NCBI GenBank assembly: GCA_041178425.1
Contig: JBEGVH010000016.1
Location: 160,802 to 224,801, forward strand
Reading direction: 5' to 3'
DNA from: Pseudomonadota bacterium
Lineage (GTDB): Bacteria; Bdellovibrionota; Bdellovibrionia; Bdellovibrionales; Bdellovibrionaceae
DNA: 64,000 nucleotides
The translations under genes were made by a program, and so were the position numbers. Under the pieces are notes generated by a model. That model did no database searches. It was not told where the DNA came from and saw only the letters and a list, made by a program, of their open reading frames with translations. Positions 50,118 through 58,625 of this stretch are shown one piece after another. Numbering within the stretch: position 1 is the stretch's first letter; each line of letters begins with the position of its first letter.

Positions 50118-50888
50118 ATGAGCTTTTTTGAGGTATTTGTTCTTTCTTTAATAGAAGGCCTGACGGAATTTCTTCCTATCTCGTCTACTGGTCATTTAAT
50201 TATAGCGTCGAAATTTCTTGGTATCGAAGGGGATTTCGTCACTCAATTTAATATTATCATTCAGTTTGGGGCTATTTTGGCGGTTCTTGCCCTTTATTGG
50301 AAAAAATTTTTTCCAATAAACCTTTATTTTTATAAAAAAGTTGTCGTTGGATTTCTACCCACCGCTATCATTGGCCTTCTCGTTAAGAACCATATTGATA
50401 CATTACTGCAAAGTATCACCGTTGTTGCCTGGGCTCTCCTTCTGGGTGGAATTGTCCTTATTACCCTCGATAGAAAAATCCAGCTTGAGAAGGAACAACA
50501 CCATCTCTTACACATCAATGATCTGCCGCTTCGGACATGTGCTTACATCGGTTTGTTTCAGTGCTTGGCGTTTATCCCCGGGGTTTCAAGATCGGCAGCT
50601 ACTATACTGGGCGGAATTTTACTCGGAATGGACAAGCGCCATGCCACAGAGTTTTCTTTCTTTTTGGCTGTTCCAACGCTGGCAGGTGCAACTCTTTTGA
50701 AAACTCTAAAAATCTATCCAACCATACAACACGATCAGATTATCACCCTCAGTCTCGGTCTCGCACTCTCCTTTGCGTTTGCCATACTTGCAATAAGAGG
50801 CTTTGTCGCCCTGGTTAGCCGAGGAGTCTTCAAATGGTTTGGATGGTATCGAATTGCACTCGGGGCTTTGATACTTCTCATGCAATAA
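50118..50888 (+). CDS. uppP: undecaprenyl-diphosphate phosphatase
   Basis: EGLTEFLPISSTGHL, IQFGAILAV, PGVSRSAATI, EFSFFLAVP. Confidence 0.96.
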   Translation: MSFFEVFVLSLIEGLTEFLPISSTGHLIIASKFLGIEGDFVTQFNIIIQFGAILAVLALYWKKFFPINLYFYKKVVVGFLPTAIIGLLVKNHIDTLLQSITVVAWALLLGGIVLITLDRKIQLEKEQHHLLHINDLPLRTCAYIGLFQCLAFIPGVSRSAATILGGILLGMDKRHATEFSFFLAVPTLAGATLLKTLKIYPTIQHDQIITLSLGLALSFAFAILAIRGFVALVSRGVFKWFGWYRIALGALILLMQ

Positions 50889-50907
50889 AATTTCGTGAAA
50901 AAATGGA

Positions 50908-50940
50908 AAAAGCTGTTCTCAAAGATTGAGGACAGCCTTT
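50908..50940. terminator. hairpin/terminator between convergent genes
   Basis: AAAAGCTGTTCTCAA-AGA-TTGAGGACAGCCTTT imperfect stem. Confidence 0.55.
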
Positions 50941-50970
50941 GAAGAGATCAAACGAATAACGCTAATAACT

Positions 50971-51594
50971 CTATTTATGGAGAGACACTTTGGATTGATG
51001 AAGGGTATTTAATCTTGATTTGGCCTTTGTTAACTTTGCTTGTATTGCTTTTCGCGTTGTGACCTGATTTTTTTGCTTAATCTTCAACACTCGAATCTCT
51101 GCCTTCAACACTCTCTCTTTTTTTATGGCCTCACGGAGCTGTTCATCTAACGACGCATTGGCCGCTTTCAGTTTATCGTTAGCTATGAGCAAATTATTTT
51201 TTTGTTTTTCCACTTTACTGAGAGCTATTTGTGCTGACTTAGCCTTTGTTTGCGCTTGTTTTTGCTTCGATTGTAGCTCAGCCTTCTTCTTCTTCATTTT
51301 GGCCACAAATTTTTCTGTCTCCATTTTTTTTTGGAGCGCATTTTTTTCTTCTCTTTGTGCCTGAGAAATGGCCGTTTTGGCTTCATTGATCATCGAAACT
51401 GAATTTAATTTTTCTTCTTCGAGACTTCGTTGAGCCTCAGCCGCCTCTTGCCTTGCCGATTCTGATCTCGCCAAAGCTTCTTCCGACTCAATTGTTGCTA
51501 CGTCGGATTCAATTTGGCTAGCAAATACCAACGGACTCTGAACGATTAACAATAAAAAGAACGCTAAATTCTTGGTGTTTATATAATGGCCCAT
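50971..51594 (-). CDS. secreted coiled-coil protein (acidic N-terminal half, basic C-terminal half)
   Basis: AGGAG RBS before ATG 51594; signal peptide ending VFA|S; E/K/A/Q-rich heptads. Confidence 0.7.
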   Translation of the reverse strand: MGHYINTKNLAFFLLLIVQSPLVFASQIESDVATIESEEALARSESARQEAAEAQRSLEEEKLNSVSMINEAKTAISQAQREEKNALQKKMETEKFVAKMKKKKAELQSKQKQAQTKAKSAQIALSKVEKQKNNLLIANDKLKAANASLDEQLREAIKKERVLKAEIRVLKIKQKNQVTTRKAIQAKLTKAKSRLNTLHQSKVSLHK

Positions 51595-51869
51595 TCTAAA
51601 AGACTCCTTCTCGAAACGCTTGAGACACAAATACCAACAGAGGTGCCACACAGCTTTCGATCTATTATGGGACAGCTCTATTGGATAAGAGGCCTTTCGA
51701 CAAGAAGGCGTTTTTTGCCTTTTTAGGCAAAGTTTGTCACCTTCTCTTAAATAACTGTTTTCACTGGCTTTCAATAGCCTATCTACCAAACAAAAGTACT
51801 TTGTAAATAAGTGAGAGCCAATCTTGGGCACTTTATTCCGCCCAACCATTGCTAAAAACTACCAGACCA

Positions 51870-51885
51870 TGGCACAGGGGTTGCT
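51870..51885 (+). promoter_or_regulatory. canonical sigma54 promoter
   Basis: TGGCAC-AGGGG-TTGCT, a full match to the -24/-12 consensus. Confidence 0.75.
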
Positions 51886-51895
51886 CATAGGATAA

Positions 51896-51950
51896 AGTAC
51901 CCCCTTGAAGCGGCCTGGTACCCCCCCCCTCCAGGTCGCTTTATTTTTCT
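51896..51950 (+). ncRNA. candidate small RNA with C-rich loop and intrinsic terminator
   Basis: Lies directly downstream of the sigma54 promoter. Stem AAGCGGCCTGG/CCAGGTCGCTT (one G-U pair), loop TACCCCCCCCCT, then TATTTTTCT. Confidence 0.5.
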
Positions 51951-52017
51951 CCCATGCTCTTGGTCTAATTTTTTAAACTGGGCTCCCCATCGAAGCTAAC
52001 TCAATTAAATTAAAATT

Positions 52018-52731
52018 ATGACGAAATCGTTTTTAATTCTTCAAATTATTTTGGTTGTATCTCTCATTTCTCTTCGTGTTTCGGCCTACACCATTATTAT
52101 CGACCCTGGCCATGGAGGCGAAGATAACGGTGCCATTAAAGGCAACGTCATTGAGTCTCGTATAACACTTCAGGTCGCTCTTAAACTGGCGGCCAAATTC
52201 GAGCAGGATAAGGATACCAAAATAGTGTTAACGCGAAATCGCAATTCGAGTATTTCGCTTAAGGATCGCACCCAAGCGGCTGAAATAAATGATGCCGATC
52301 TCTTTGTTAGTATTCATGGCAATTCATCAACAGATAGTCGTGCCAAAGGCGCTGAATTCTATTTTGGCGCATCAAACCGCAGTAACGCTTCTGCTACGTC
52401 AAAAGAGCAAAAGGACACTAAAGCTCCCACAACAATTGAAAACATAATTAGTAGCCTTGAGCACAATGCTCGGCTTTACAGAAGCAGTTACCTCGCCAGC
52501 GACACCTTTCATACATGGAAAAAAGGCACTGCAACCCAGGCACGAGCTATTCGGCAGGCGCCATTTTACGTCATCAACAAAAACACAATTCCTTCTGTCT
52601 TGGTTGAGATAGGCTTCATTACCAATCGTAAGGAATCGATGGAACTCATAAGAGAATCGGCCCAAGATCAGTTAGCAGAAAGCTTATACCAAGCCATTTC
52701 TTCCTATCGCGAAAAAAGCAAATTGAACTAA
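52018..52731 (+). CDS. N-acetylmuramoyl-L-alanine amidase (Amidase_3), secreted
   Basis: IIIDPGHGGED, E, FVSIHGNS, VLVEIGF; signal peptide. Confidence 0.92.
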   Translation: MTKSFLILQIILVVSLISLRVSAYTIIIDPGHGGEDNGAIKGNVIESRITLQVALKLAAKFEQDKDTKIVLTRNRNSSISLKDRTQAAEINDADLFVSIHGNSSTDSRAKGAEFYFGASNRSNASATSKEQKDTKAPTTIENIISSLEHNARLYRSSYLASDTFHTWKKGTATQARAIRQAPFYVINKNTIPSVLVEIGFITNRKESMELIRESAQDQLAESLYQAISSYREKSKLN

Positions 52732-52805
52732 AATAGGGCGCGACTTAGTTTAATTTACGACGACACCTAAGATACTTAATTCAAAACTCCTGACATTTTA
52801 CGTCC

Positions 52806-52821
52806 TGGAACAATATCTGCA
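52806..52821 (+). promoter_or_regulatory. sigma54-like promoter
   Basis: TGGAAC-AATAT-CTGCA (GG-N10-GC) upstream of the MltD-like gene. Confidence 0.45.
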
Positions 52822-52916
52822 CGTAGAGATTCTTTGACGTTCAAAGCGAAACTCCGTCTCAATTCTACCTTTATGATGACGTTTTTCGCAAAGAACCGGC
52901 AAGGAGTCTCAAAGTT

Positions 52917-54221
52917 ATGGCCCTCTCAATAAGCGAAAAATTTAAAGCCTACTCGCTGTCATTTAAAGTCATCTCATTTGTGGGTGCTGGCTTATTCTTT
53001 TTGACACTTGGATTCTCTACATCATCTGATTCATCTTCAAATTTAAACCATTCACTCCTTCAGGAAGAACCAAGCGAAGCAATTAAACTCAGCGACCAAC
53101 CTAACTCAGCATCATTAATGTCCTCTCCGTTTATTATTCCTGAAGGGTTCGGTGAACGAGTCGATTTTTGGATTAAGATTTATTCTCAATACACCTCCAA
53201 TGATGCCGTTTTCCATGATTCCCAAGATCTATCAGTCATTTACAAAGTCATCGACCTTAGGCCGATAATGGATTCCGCTCTCCACCCTTTTGTTAAAGAA
53301 TTTAAGACAAAAAAACTCATTGAGCGGGAACGAAAAATTTTAATCAGGGATCTCCTGGCCATTAAAACAAATTGGAGTTCTCAATCTTTTACTCCTGCTC
53401 AACAGGAGCTTCTTAAGGCACTGAAATATCCTCAAAAAAAATCATTTGTTTCAGAAGCTATTAAAAACCTTCGAATGCAGATTGGCCAAAAAACTTTTAT
53501 CGAAAAAGCCATTAACAATGCAGATCTCTATCTTCCGATGATGGAACAAATCTTTTTAAAGAAAGGACTCCCCGTTGAACTAACGAGAATGCCTTTCGTC
53601 GAAAGCTCTTTCAATCTTGCTGCCAGATCTCGTGTGGGCGCTAGCGGAATTTGGCAGATAATGCCCGCCACCGGACGCAAATTAATGCCAAATAAATTCG
53701 TTGATTACCGAAATGACCCCATTAAGGCCACTGAATTTGCAGCTTCTTTACTTAAGTTTAACTACAAAGTTCTTGGCGACTGGCCGCTCGCCGTTACAGC
53801 CTACAACCATGGCCCCACCAGCATTTCAAAGTTAACAAAAAAATATGGAACCAAAAATTTATCGACCCTCACAAAAAGAGTTTATGGTTCGCATGCTTTT
53901 GCTTTTGCATCAGCCAACTTTTACGCTTGTTTTTTAGCAATTTTAGAGATTGAAAAAAACAGGCCTAAGTATTTTCCTGATGTTCCAAAAGTCGAACCGA
54001 TTTCTTTAAAAACAATTCAAATTAAAAAGCCCCTTCGCTATACGCGACTACTAAGTTGGTTCGATAGAGATGCCCTCAAGGCCGAATTGTATAACCCCCA
54101 TCTAAGCGGAATGATTCGATCTGGAAGAGTTGAAATACCCCGTGGGACTATTGTTTATATTCCTACGAATGCTTCCCAAGTGGCTGTGCAAGAACAGCGG
54201 CCCTCTTTGACGGAGCTATAA
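52917..54221 (+). CDS. MltD-like lytic murein transglycosylase
   Basis: PFVESSFN, SRVGASGIWQIM, WPLAVTAYNHG. Confidence 0.9.
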   Translation: MALSISEKFKAYSLSFKVISFVGAGLFFLTLGFSTSSDSSSNLNHSLLQEEPSEAIKLSDQPNSASLMSSPFIIPEGFGERVDFWIKIYSQYTSNDAVFHDSQDLSVIYKVIDLRPIMDSALHPFVKEFKTKKLIERERKILIRDLLAIKTNWSSQSFTPAQQELLKALKYPQKKSFVSEAIKNLRMQIGQKTFIEKAINNADLYLPMMEQIFLKKGLPVELTRMPFVESSFNLAARSRVGASGIWQIMPATGRKLMPNKFVDYRNDPIKATEFAASLLKFNYKVLGDWPLAVTAYNHGPTSISKLTKKYGTKNLSTLTKRVYGSHAFAFASANFYACFLAILEIEKNRPKYFPDVPKVEPISLKTIQIKKPLRYTRLLSWFDRDALKAELYNPHLSGMIRSGRVEIPRGTIVYIPTNASQVAVQEQRPSLTEL

Positions 54222-54313
54222 AATTTAGATTGTTTTAATAGAGAGATGCACTATAACTTTTAAAATCCAAGTTATTATCAATAAAGATTAATTCCAATGC
54301 CGGAGGAGAGAAC

Positions 54314-55048
54314 GTGAGAACGGATGGGCGACTTTTTAACGAACTAAGAAGAGTAACAATTTCGCCAAATGCCTCTGAATACGCGGAAGGCAGTGTTTTA
54401 GTTGAATTTGGAAAAACCAAAGTACTTTGCACTGCTTCACTAGATGAAAATTTTCCCAAGTGGTTACAAAACACAGGTAAAGGTTGGGTGACGGCAGAGT
54501 ATGGCATGTTGCCGCGATCAACTCACAGTCGCATCAAAAGAGACAAATCGATGAATAGCGGCAGAACGCAGGAAATTTCTCGCCTGATTGGGCGGTCACT
54601 TCGTTCAGCGGTCGACCTAAAGGCTCTTGGAGAAAGGCAAATCATAGTAGATTGTGATGTACTTCAGGCCGATGGAGGTACTCGAACGGCCTCAGTCACG
54701 GGGGGGTTTGTCGCCCTTGCTTTGGCTCTTAAAAAGCTTCACGCCGTATCTGAAATTAAGTCAATTCCACTGAGCCAGTATGTTTCTGCAATCAGTGTGG
54801 GACTGAAAAACAACACTCCCTATCTTGACTTGAATTACGACGAAGATTCAACCATTGAAACTGATATGAATTTTGTGATGACGAACAAGTTAGAATTTGT
54901 CGAAATCCAAGGCACTGCAGAGGGAGCGACCTTTAGCCAAAAACAATTGACACAAATGCTCGATGTAGCAACCAACGGCTGCGTTCAGCTTTTTAGAGAA
55001 CAAGAAAAAATAATCGGATCGTTTTTTCCTCTTAAAATGGAAGTATAA
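54314..55048 (+). CDS. rph: ribonuclease PH
   Basis: GWVTAEYGMLPRST, GRTQEISRLIGRSLR, DCDVLQADGGTRTAS. Confidence 0.97.
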   Translation: MRTDGRLFNELRRVTISPNASEYAEGSVLVEFGKTKVLCTASLDENFPKWLQNTGKGWVTAEYGMLPRSTHSRIKRDKSMNSGRTQEISRLIGRSLRSAVDLKALGERQIIVDCDVLQADGGTRTASVTGGFVALALALKKLHAVSEIKSIPLSQYVSAISVGLKNNTPYLDLNYDEDSTIETDMNFVMTNKLEFVEIQGTAEGATFSQKQLTQMLDVATNGCVQLFREQEKIIGSFFPLKMEV

Positions 55049-55050
55049 GA

Positions 55051-55644
55051 ATGGAACTTTGGATAGCAACCGGTAATAAGGGTAAACTCACTGAATTTAA
55101 AGTTCTTCTGAATTCACTTTCCCATTTAAAAATTCTCTCTATCGCCGATCTTTCGGTGTTTTCACCACCCCCAGAGAATGGAAAAACGTATCTAGATAAT
55201 GCACGCATCAAAACCCGCGCATTAAAGTCAGTAAAACCAGAGCAATGGGTAATGGGTGAAGACTCAGGCCTAGAAGTTTTGGGACTTGGCAATTTGCCTG
55301 GCGTTCACTCTGCTGTTTACGCCGGCCCAAAAGCGGCCGATAGCGAGAACCGAGCTAAGCTCCTTAAAATGATGCAAATTCGCCATGTAGCCGACAGAAC
55401 AGCGCTGTTTAAATGTTGTATTGTTCTGTACTCTCCCACGGGCGAAGAGTTTATTTTTGAAGGTCAACTTGAAGGTAAAATCGCTCTTAAAGAAACTGGT
55501 GATCTAGGCTTCGGCTATGATTCTATCTTTATCCCAAAGGGTGAAACTAAAACGCTTGCAGAACTGGGACCCGCTTTTAAAAATAAAAACTCTCACAGAA
55601 GTCTCGCCGTTCAACAACTGCGGGCTAAACTCGAATCGATCTAG
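55051..55644 (+). CDS. rdgB: non-canonical purine NTP pyrophosphatase (RdgB/HAM1)
   Basis: ATGNKGK, EDSGLEV, PGVHSA, GFGYD, SHR. Confidence 0.93.
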   Translation: MELWIATGNKGKLTEFKVLLNSLSHLKILSIADLSVFSPPPENGKTYLDNARIKTRALKSVKPEQWVMGEDSGLEVLGLGNLPGVHSAVYAGPKAADSENRAKLLKMMQIRHVADRTALFKCCIVLYSPTGEEFIFEGQLEGKIALKETGDLGFGYDSIFIPKGETKTLAELGPAFKNKNSHRSLAVQQLRAKLESI

Positions 55645-55657
55645 GCTCAACCAAAAC

Positions 55658-55692
55658 AAAAAAAGGAGAGTAACCCACTCTCCTTTTTTTTT
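55658..55692. terminator. bidirectional intrinsic terminator
   Basis: AAAAAAAGGAGAGT-AACCC-ACTCTCCTTTTTTT. Confidence 0.85.
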
Positions 55693-55715
55693 ATCATTTA
55701 TTGTCAGATCCAACT

Positions 55716-56105
55716 TTATTCAATAGCAGGTTCGACGAGAATCTCTGCAATAGCCTCTTTAAATTTATGCTCCATTTGCAGTGGGATGACCTCCCAAATA
55801 CTATTGATCTCTCTTAACTCTTTCCAGCTTACAAAAATATCGATATGTCGTTTAATTCTCTCGTTGGCTCCCATTATAACAAGGCGACCACCTGAACCCG
55901 AGAGGTATTGAGACATTTGATTAATGTAACGAATTGCACCGATACTTAAAAAGGAGGCCTTCGTTAGATCCATTATAATGTTTTTTCGACCCCCATCGAT
56001 ATAATCAGCGAGGGAATCAATAAACACCTTGGTATGGATGGAATCTATGGTCCCCATCACTTCAAAAATTGACCAACTACCTATCGATTTACTACTTAGT
56101 CTCAT
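55716..56105 (-). CDS. STAS-domain (anti-sigma-factor antagonist-like) protein
   Basis: 'EVMGTIDS', 'IIMDLTKASFLSIGAI', 'GGRLVI'. Confidence 0.8.
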   Translation of the reverse strand: MRLSSKSIGSWSIFEVMGTIDSIHTKVFIDSLADYIDGGRKNIIMDLTKASFLSIGAIRYINQMSQYLSGSGGRLVIMGANERIKRHIDIFVSWKELREINSIWEVIPLQMEHKFKEAIAEILVEPAIE

Positions 56106-56271
56106 ACCCTTATTCTATAGAAATTAAACCTTGAGTCAAAGCCATCGAATTCTCCTCGACTCAAACTTGACCCCAGACCCGAAACTCCCACCAAAAACTC
56201 ATTTTATGTTTTTTAACTAAACAAGAAAATCCTAGTGACTTAAAAAAAACCCTAGGCTAGCCTTCCTCACC

Positions 56272-57216
56272 ATGACAGGACTTAAGATTTTTTCCGGCAA
56301 TTCAAATCCCCATTTGGCAAAAAAAGTTGCAGAGGCCGCAGGCGTAGAGCTAGGCTTTTGCCAAATTTCAACGTTCGCGGACGGAGAAATCCAAGTTGAG
56401 ATTCATGAGAGTGTTCGTGGGCAAGATGTGTTCGTCATCCAAAGCACTTGCACCCCAGTGAATCAAAATTATATGGAACTCTTTGTAATGCTTGATGCTC
56501 TAAAGAGAGCCTCGGCCGCGCAGATAACTGCAGTTATTCCTTACTATGGATACGCTCGCCAAGACCGCAAGGTGGCTCCGCGAGCCCCCATTTCCGCGAA
56601 ATGTATGGCAGATTTGATTACAACGGCCGGAGCAGATCGAGTGGTCGCCGTTGATCTACATGCTGCCCAAATTCAAGGCTTTTTTAACGTCCCCGTGGAC
56701 CACCTTTTTGCAATCCCTACATTGGCCCGGGCCTGGCGCGAAACAGAAGGCTATGGCGCTGAATTCGTAGTCGTAAGCCCAGACGCCGGTGGGGTTGAGC
56801 GCTGCAGGGCTTTCGCAAAACGAATAGAATCGTCGATTGCCATCATTGATAAGCGTCGATCCGGCCCAAATGAGGCCAAGGCACTCCATTTGATTGGGGA
56901 TGTGAGGGGTAAAACGGCCATAATCCTTGATGATATGATAGATACCGCAGGAACTTTAACACAAGCTGTTGACAGCCTTATGAAGAATGGTGCAAAAAGG
57001 GTCTTCGCCGTGGCGACCCATCCGATATTCTCAGGAGCTGCAATCAGTCGTATTGTAGAGAGTCCTCTCGAAAAAGTTTGGGTTTCAGACACAGTTCCCC
57101 TAAAGGAAGCTGCGCAAAGCTGCGGAAAAATTGAAGTTGTTTCAGTTGCGCCCGTTATTGCCGAAGCAATAAAGCGTATTCACGGAAATGACTCTGTAAG
57201 CTCGTTGTTTGATTAG
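56272..57216 (+). CDS. prs: ribose-phosphate pyrophosphokinase
   Basis: FADGE, PYYGYARQDRK, DLHAAQIQGFF, SPDAGG, DDMIDTAGT. Confidence 0.98.
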   Translation: MTGLKIFSGNSNPHLAKKVAEAAGVELGFCQISTFADGEIQVEIHESVRGQDVFVIQSTCTPVNQNYMELFVMLDALKRASAAQITAVIPYYGYARQDRKVAPRAPISAKCMADLITTAGADRVVAVDLHAAQIQGFFNVPVDHLFAIPTLARAWRETEGYGAEFVVVSPDAGGVERCRAFAKRIESSIAIIDKRRSGPNEAKALHLIGDVRGKTAIILDDMIDTAGTLTQAVDSLMKNGAKRVFAVATHPIFSGAAISRIVESPLEKVWVSDTVPLKEAAQSCGKIEVVSVAPVIAEAIKRIHGNDSVSSLFD

Positions 57217-57230
57217 TAGAGGAAGGTACC

Positions 57231-57893
57231 ATGAAAGAACGTATTGAATTATCGGCTGAAGCAAGAACCACAGGAAAAGCTAACTCTCGCGCTTTGAGAA
57301 AAGACGGGAAAGTTCCTGCTGTGATTTACGGCGCTCACAAGAACGCTAACCTATTTGTTGAAGAGAAAGCGATCAAAAAGTACAACGTACGTGCTTACGA
57401 AAACGCTCTTTATACCCTCAAGAGTGGTACCAAAGAATTGAATGACGTTGTTGTACTTATGAAAGAAGTTTCAGTTCATGCGCTCACTCAACGCCCTGTT
57501 CATGTTGATTTTTATGCTATCGATCTGAAGAAAACAATTCGAGTTTTCGTTGAAGTACGCCTCGACGGTAAACCAATTGGTCTTGCCGATGGTGGATTAT
57601 TGAACATCGTTACTCGTGAAGTAGAAGTTGAATGTCTTCCAACTGAAATCCCTGATGCTATCACAGTGGATGTTTCTGGTTTAGGTGTGGGTCAAGCTAT
57701 TCACGTATCTGATCTTAAACTTTCTGGTGGTGCAAAAATGGTTTCATTGAGCCATTTAACTGTTGCCGTTGTAAATAAAGAAGATGAAAAGGCCGCTACT
57801 CCAGCCGCTGCTGCTGCTCCGGCTGCTGCTGCTGCTCCAGCTAAAGGCGCTGCTGCTGCTCCGGCTGCTGCAAAGGCACCTGCTAAGAAATAA
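57231..57893 (+). CDS. rplY: 50S ribosomal protein L25 / CTC
   Basis: SRALRKDGKVPAVIYG, HVDFY, GGLL, IHVSDL; Ala/Pro C-terminal tail. Confidence 0.95.
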   Translation: MKERIELSAEARTTGKANSRALRKDGKVPAVIYGAHKNANLFVEEKAIKKYNVRAYENALYTLKSGTKELNDVVVLMKEVSVHALTQRPVHVDFYAIDLKKTIRVFVEVRLDGKPIGLADGGLLNIVTREVEVECLPTEIPDAITVDVSGLGVGQAIHVSDLKLSGGAKMVSLSHLTVAVVNKEDEKAATPAAAAAPAAAAAPAKGAAAAPAAAKAPAKK

Positions 57894-57933
57894 TCTACTC
57901 AGCATCTCAATAAATATGAGATGACGGGCGCTG

Positions 57934-57988
57934 AAAGCGGGATCAAGAACAAATGGAGTCAAAGACTCCAAGTTCTTTCCCGCTTTTT
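57934..57988 (+). terminator. long interrupted hairpin terminator after rplY
   Basis: AAAGCGGGA..AAGAAC..TGGAGTC-AAA-GACTCCA.GTTCTT-TCCCGCTTTTT. Confidence 0.7.
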
Positions 57989-58021
57989 AATTTTTAGATT
58001 GTTAAGTTTGAGAGGTTTTCT

Positions 58022-58612
58022 ATGTGGATGATTGTTGGGCTGGGAAATCCTGGGGCTAAGTACGCTTTCAATCGTCATAACATCGGATTTTTAGCCCTCG
58101 ATGTAATTCACGAATCATTTGGTAGACCAACCTGGAAAACCCAAGAGAAGGCGCAAGTTTGTAAGGTGGATTGGAATGGAAAGTCTTGCCTTTTAGTTAA
58201 ACCCCAAACTTTTATGAATCGCTCTGGGGAATCTGTCATCCCGCTCCTCAACTTTTACAAGATTACCGTTGAAAATTTGTGCGTGGTTCAAGACGACATC
58301 GATCAATCCTTTGCACAAATAAAACTTCAAACAAACCGTGGCCACGGTGGTCACAATGGAATAAGGAATATTACTGAGCTCTTGGGACACCCCAATTATG
58401 CTAGATTAAAAATTGGTGTAGGCCGCCCTAGTATCGAGAAAATGGACGTTGCTGACTGGGTTTTACAAAATTTTTCAAACGAAGAAATGGAAACTCTTCC
58501 AAAATTACTCGAATTAAGCACCAACGCTTTAGAAGCGTTGATAGAGATTGGGTTTCAAAAGGCCTCTACCCGTTTTAATGGCAGCTCAGCACTAAAAAAA
58601 GACTCTAAATAG
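58022..58612 (+). CDS. pth: peptidyl-tRNA hydrolase
   Basis: VGLGNPG, RHNIGF, KPQTFMNRSG, GHGGHNG, RLKIGVGRP. Confidence 0.97.
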   Translation: MWMIVGLGNPGAKYAFNRHNIGFLALDVIHESFGRPTWKTQEKAQVCKVDWNGKSCLLVKPQTFMNRSGESVIPLLNFYKITVENLCVVQDDIDQSFAQIKLQTNRGHGGHNGIRNITELLGHPNYARLKIGVGRPSIEKMDVADWVLQNFSNEEMETLPKLLELSTNALEALIEIGFQKASTRFNGSSALKKDSK

Positions 58613-58625
58613 AAAGGATATTAAA

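Noticed and set aside
51595..51849. N-terminal extension of the 292-aa ORF
   Set aside because: The RBS and signal peptide point to ATG 51594; the extension covers promoter DNA.
56106..56271. Possible tRNA upstream of prs (also checked after rdgB)
   Set aside because: No cloverleaf or TTCGA T-loop stem; only a TTGAGTC/GACTCAA inverted repeat overlapping divergent promoter elements.
57790..57890. GCTGCTGCTCC tandem repeats
   Set aside because: They encode the Ala/Pro low-complexity tail of L25/CTC; not a CRISPR or mobile repeat.
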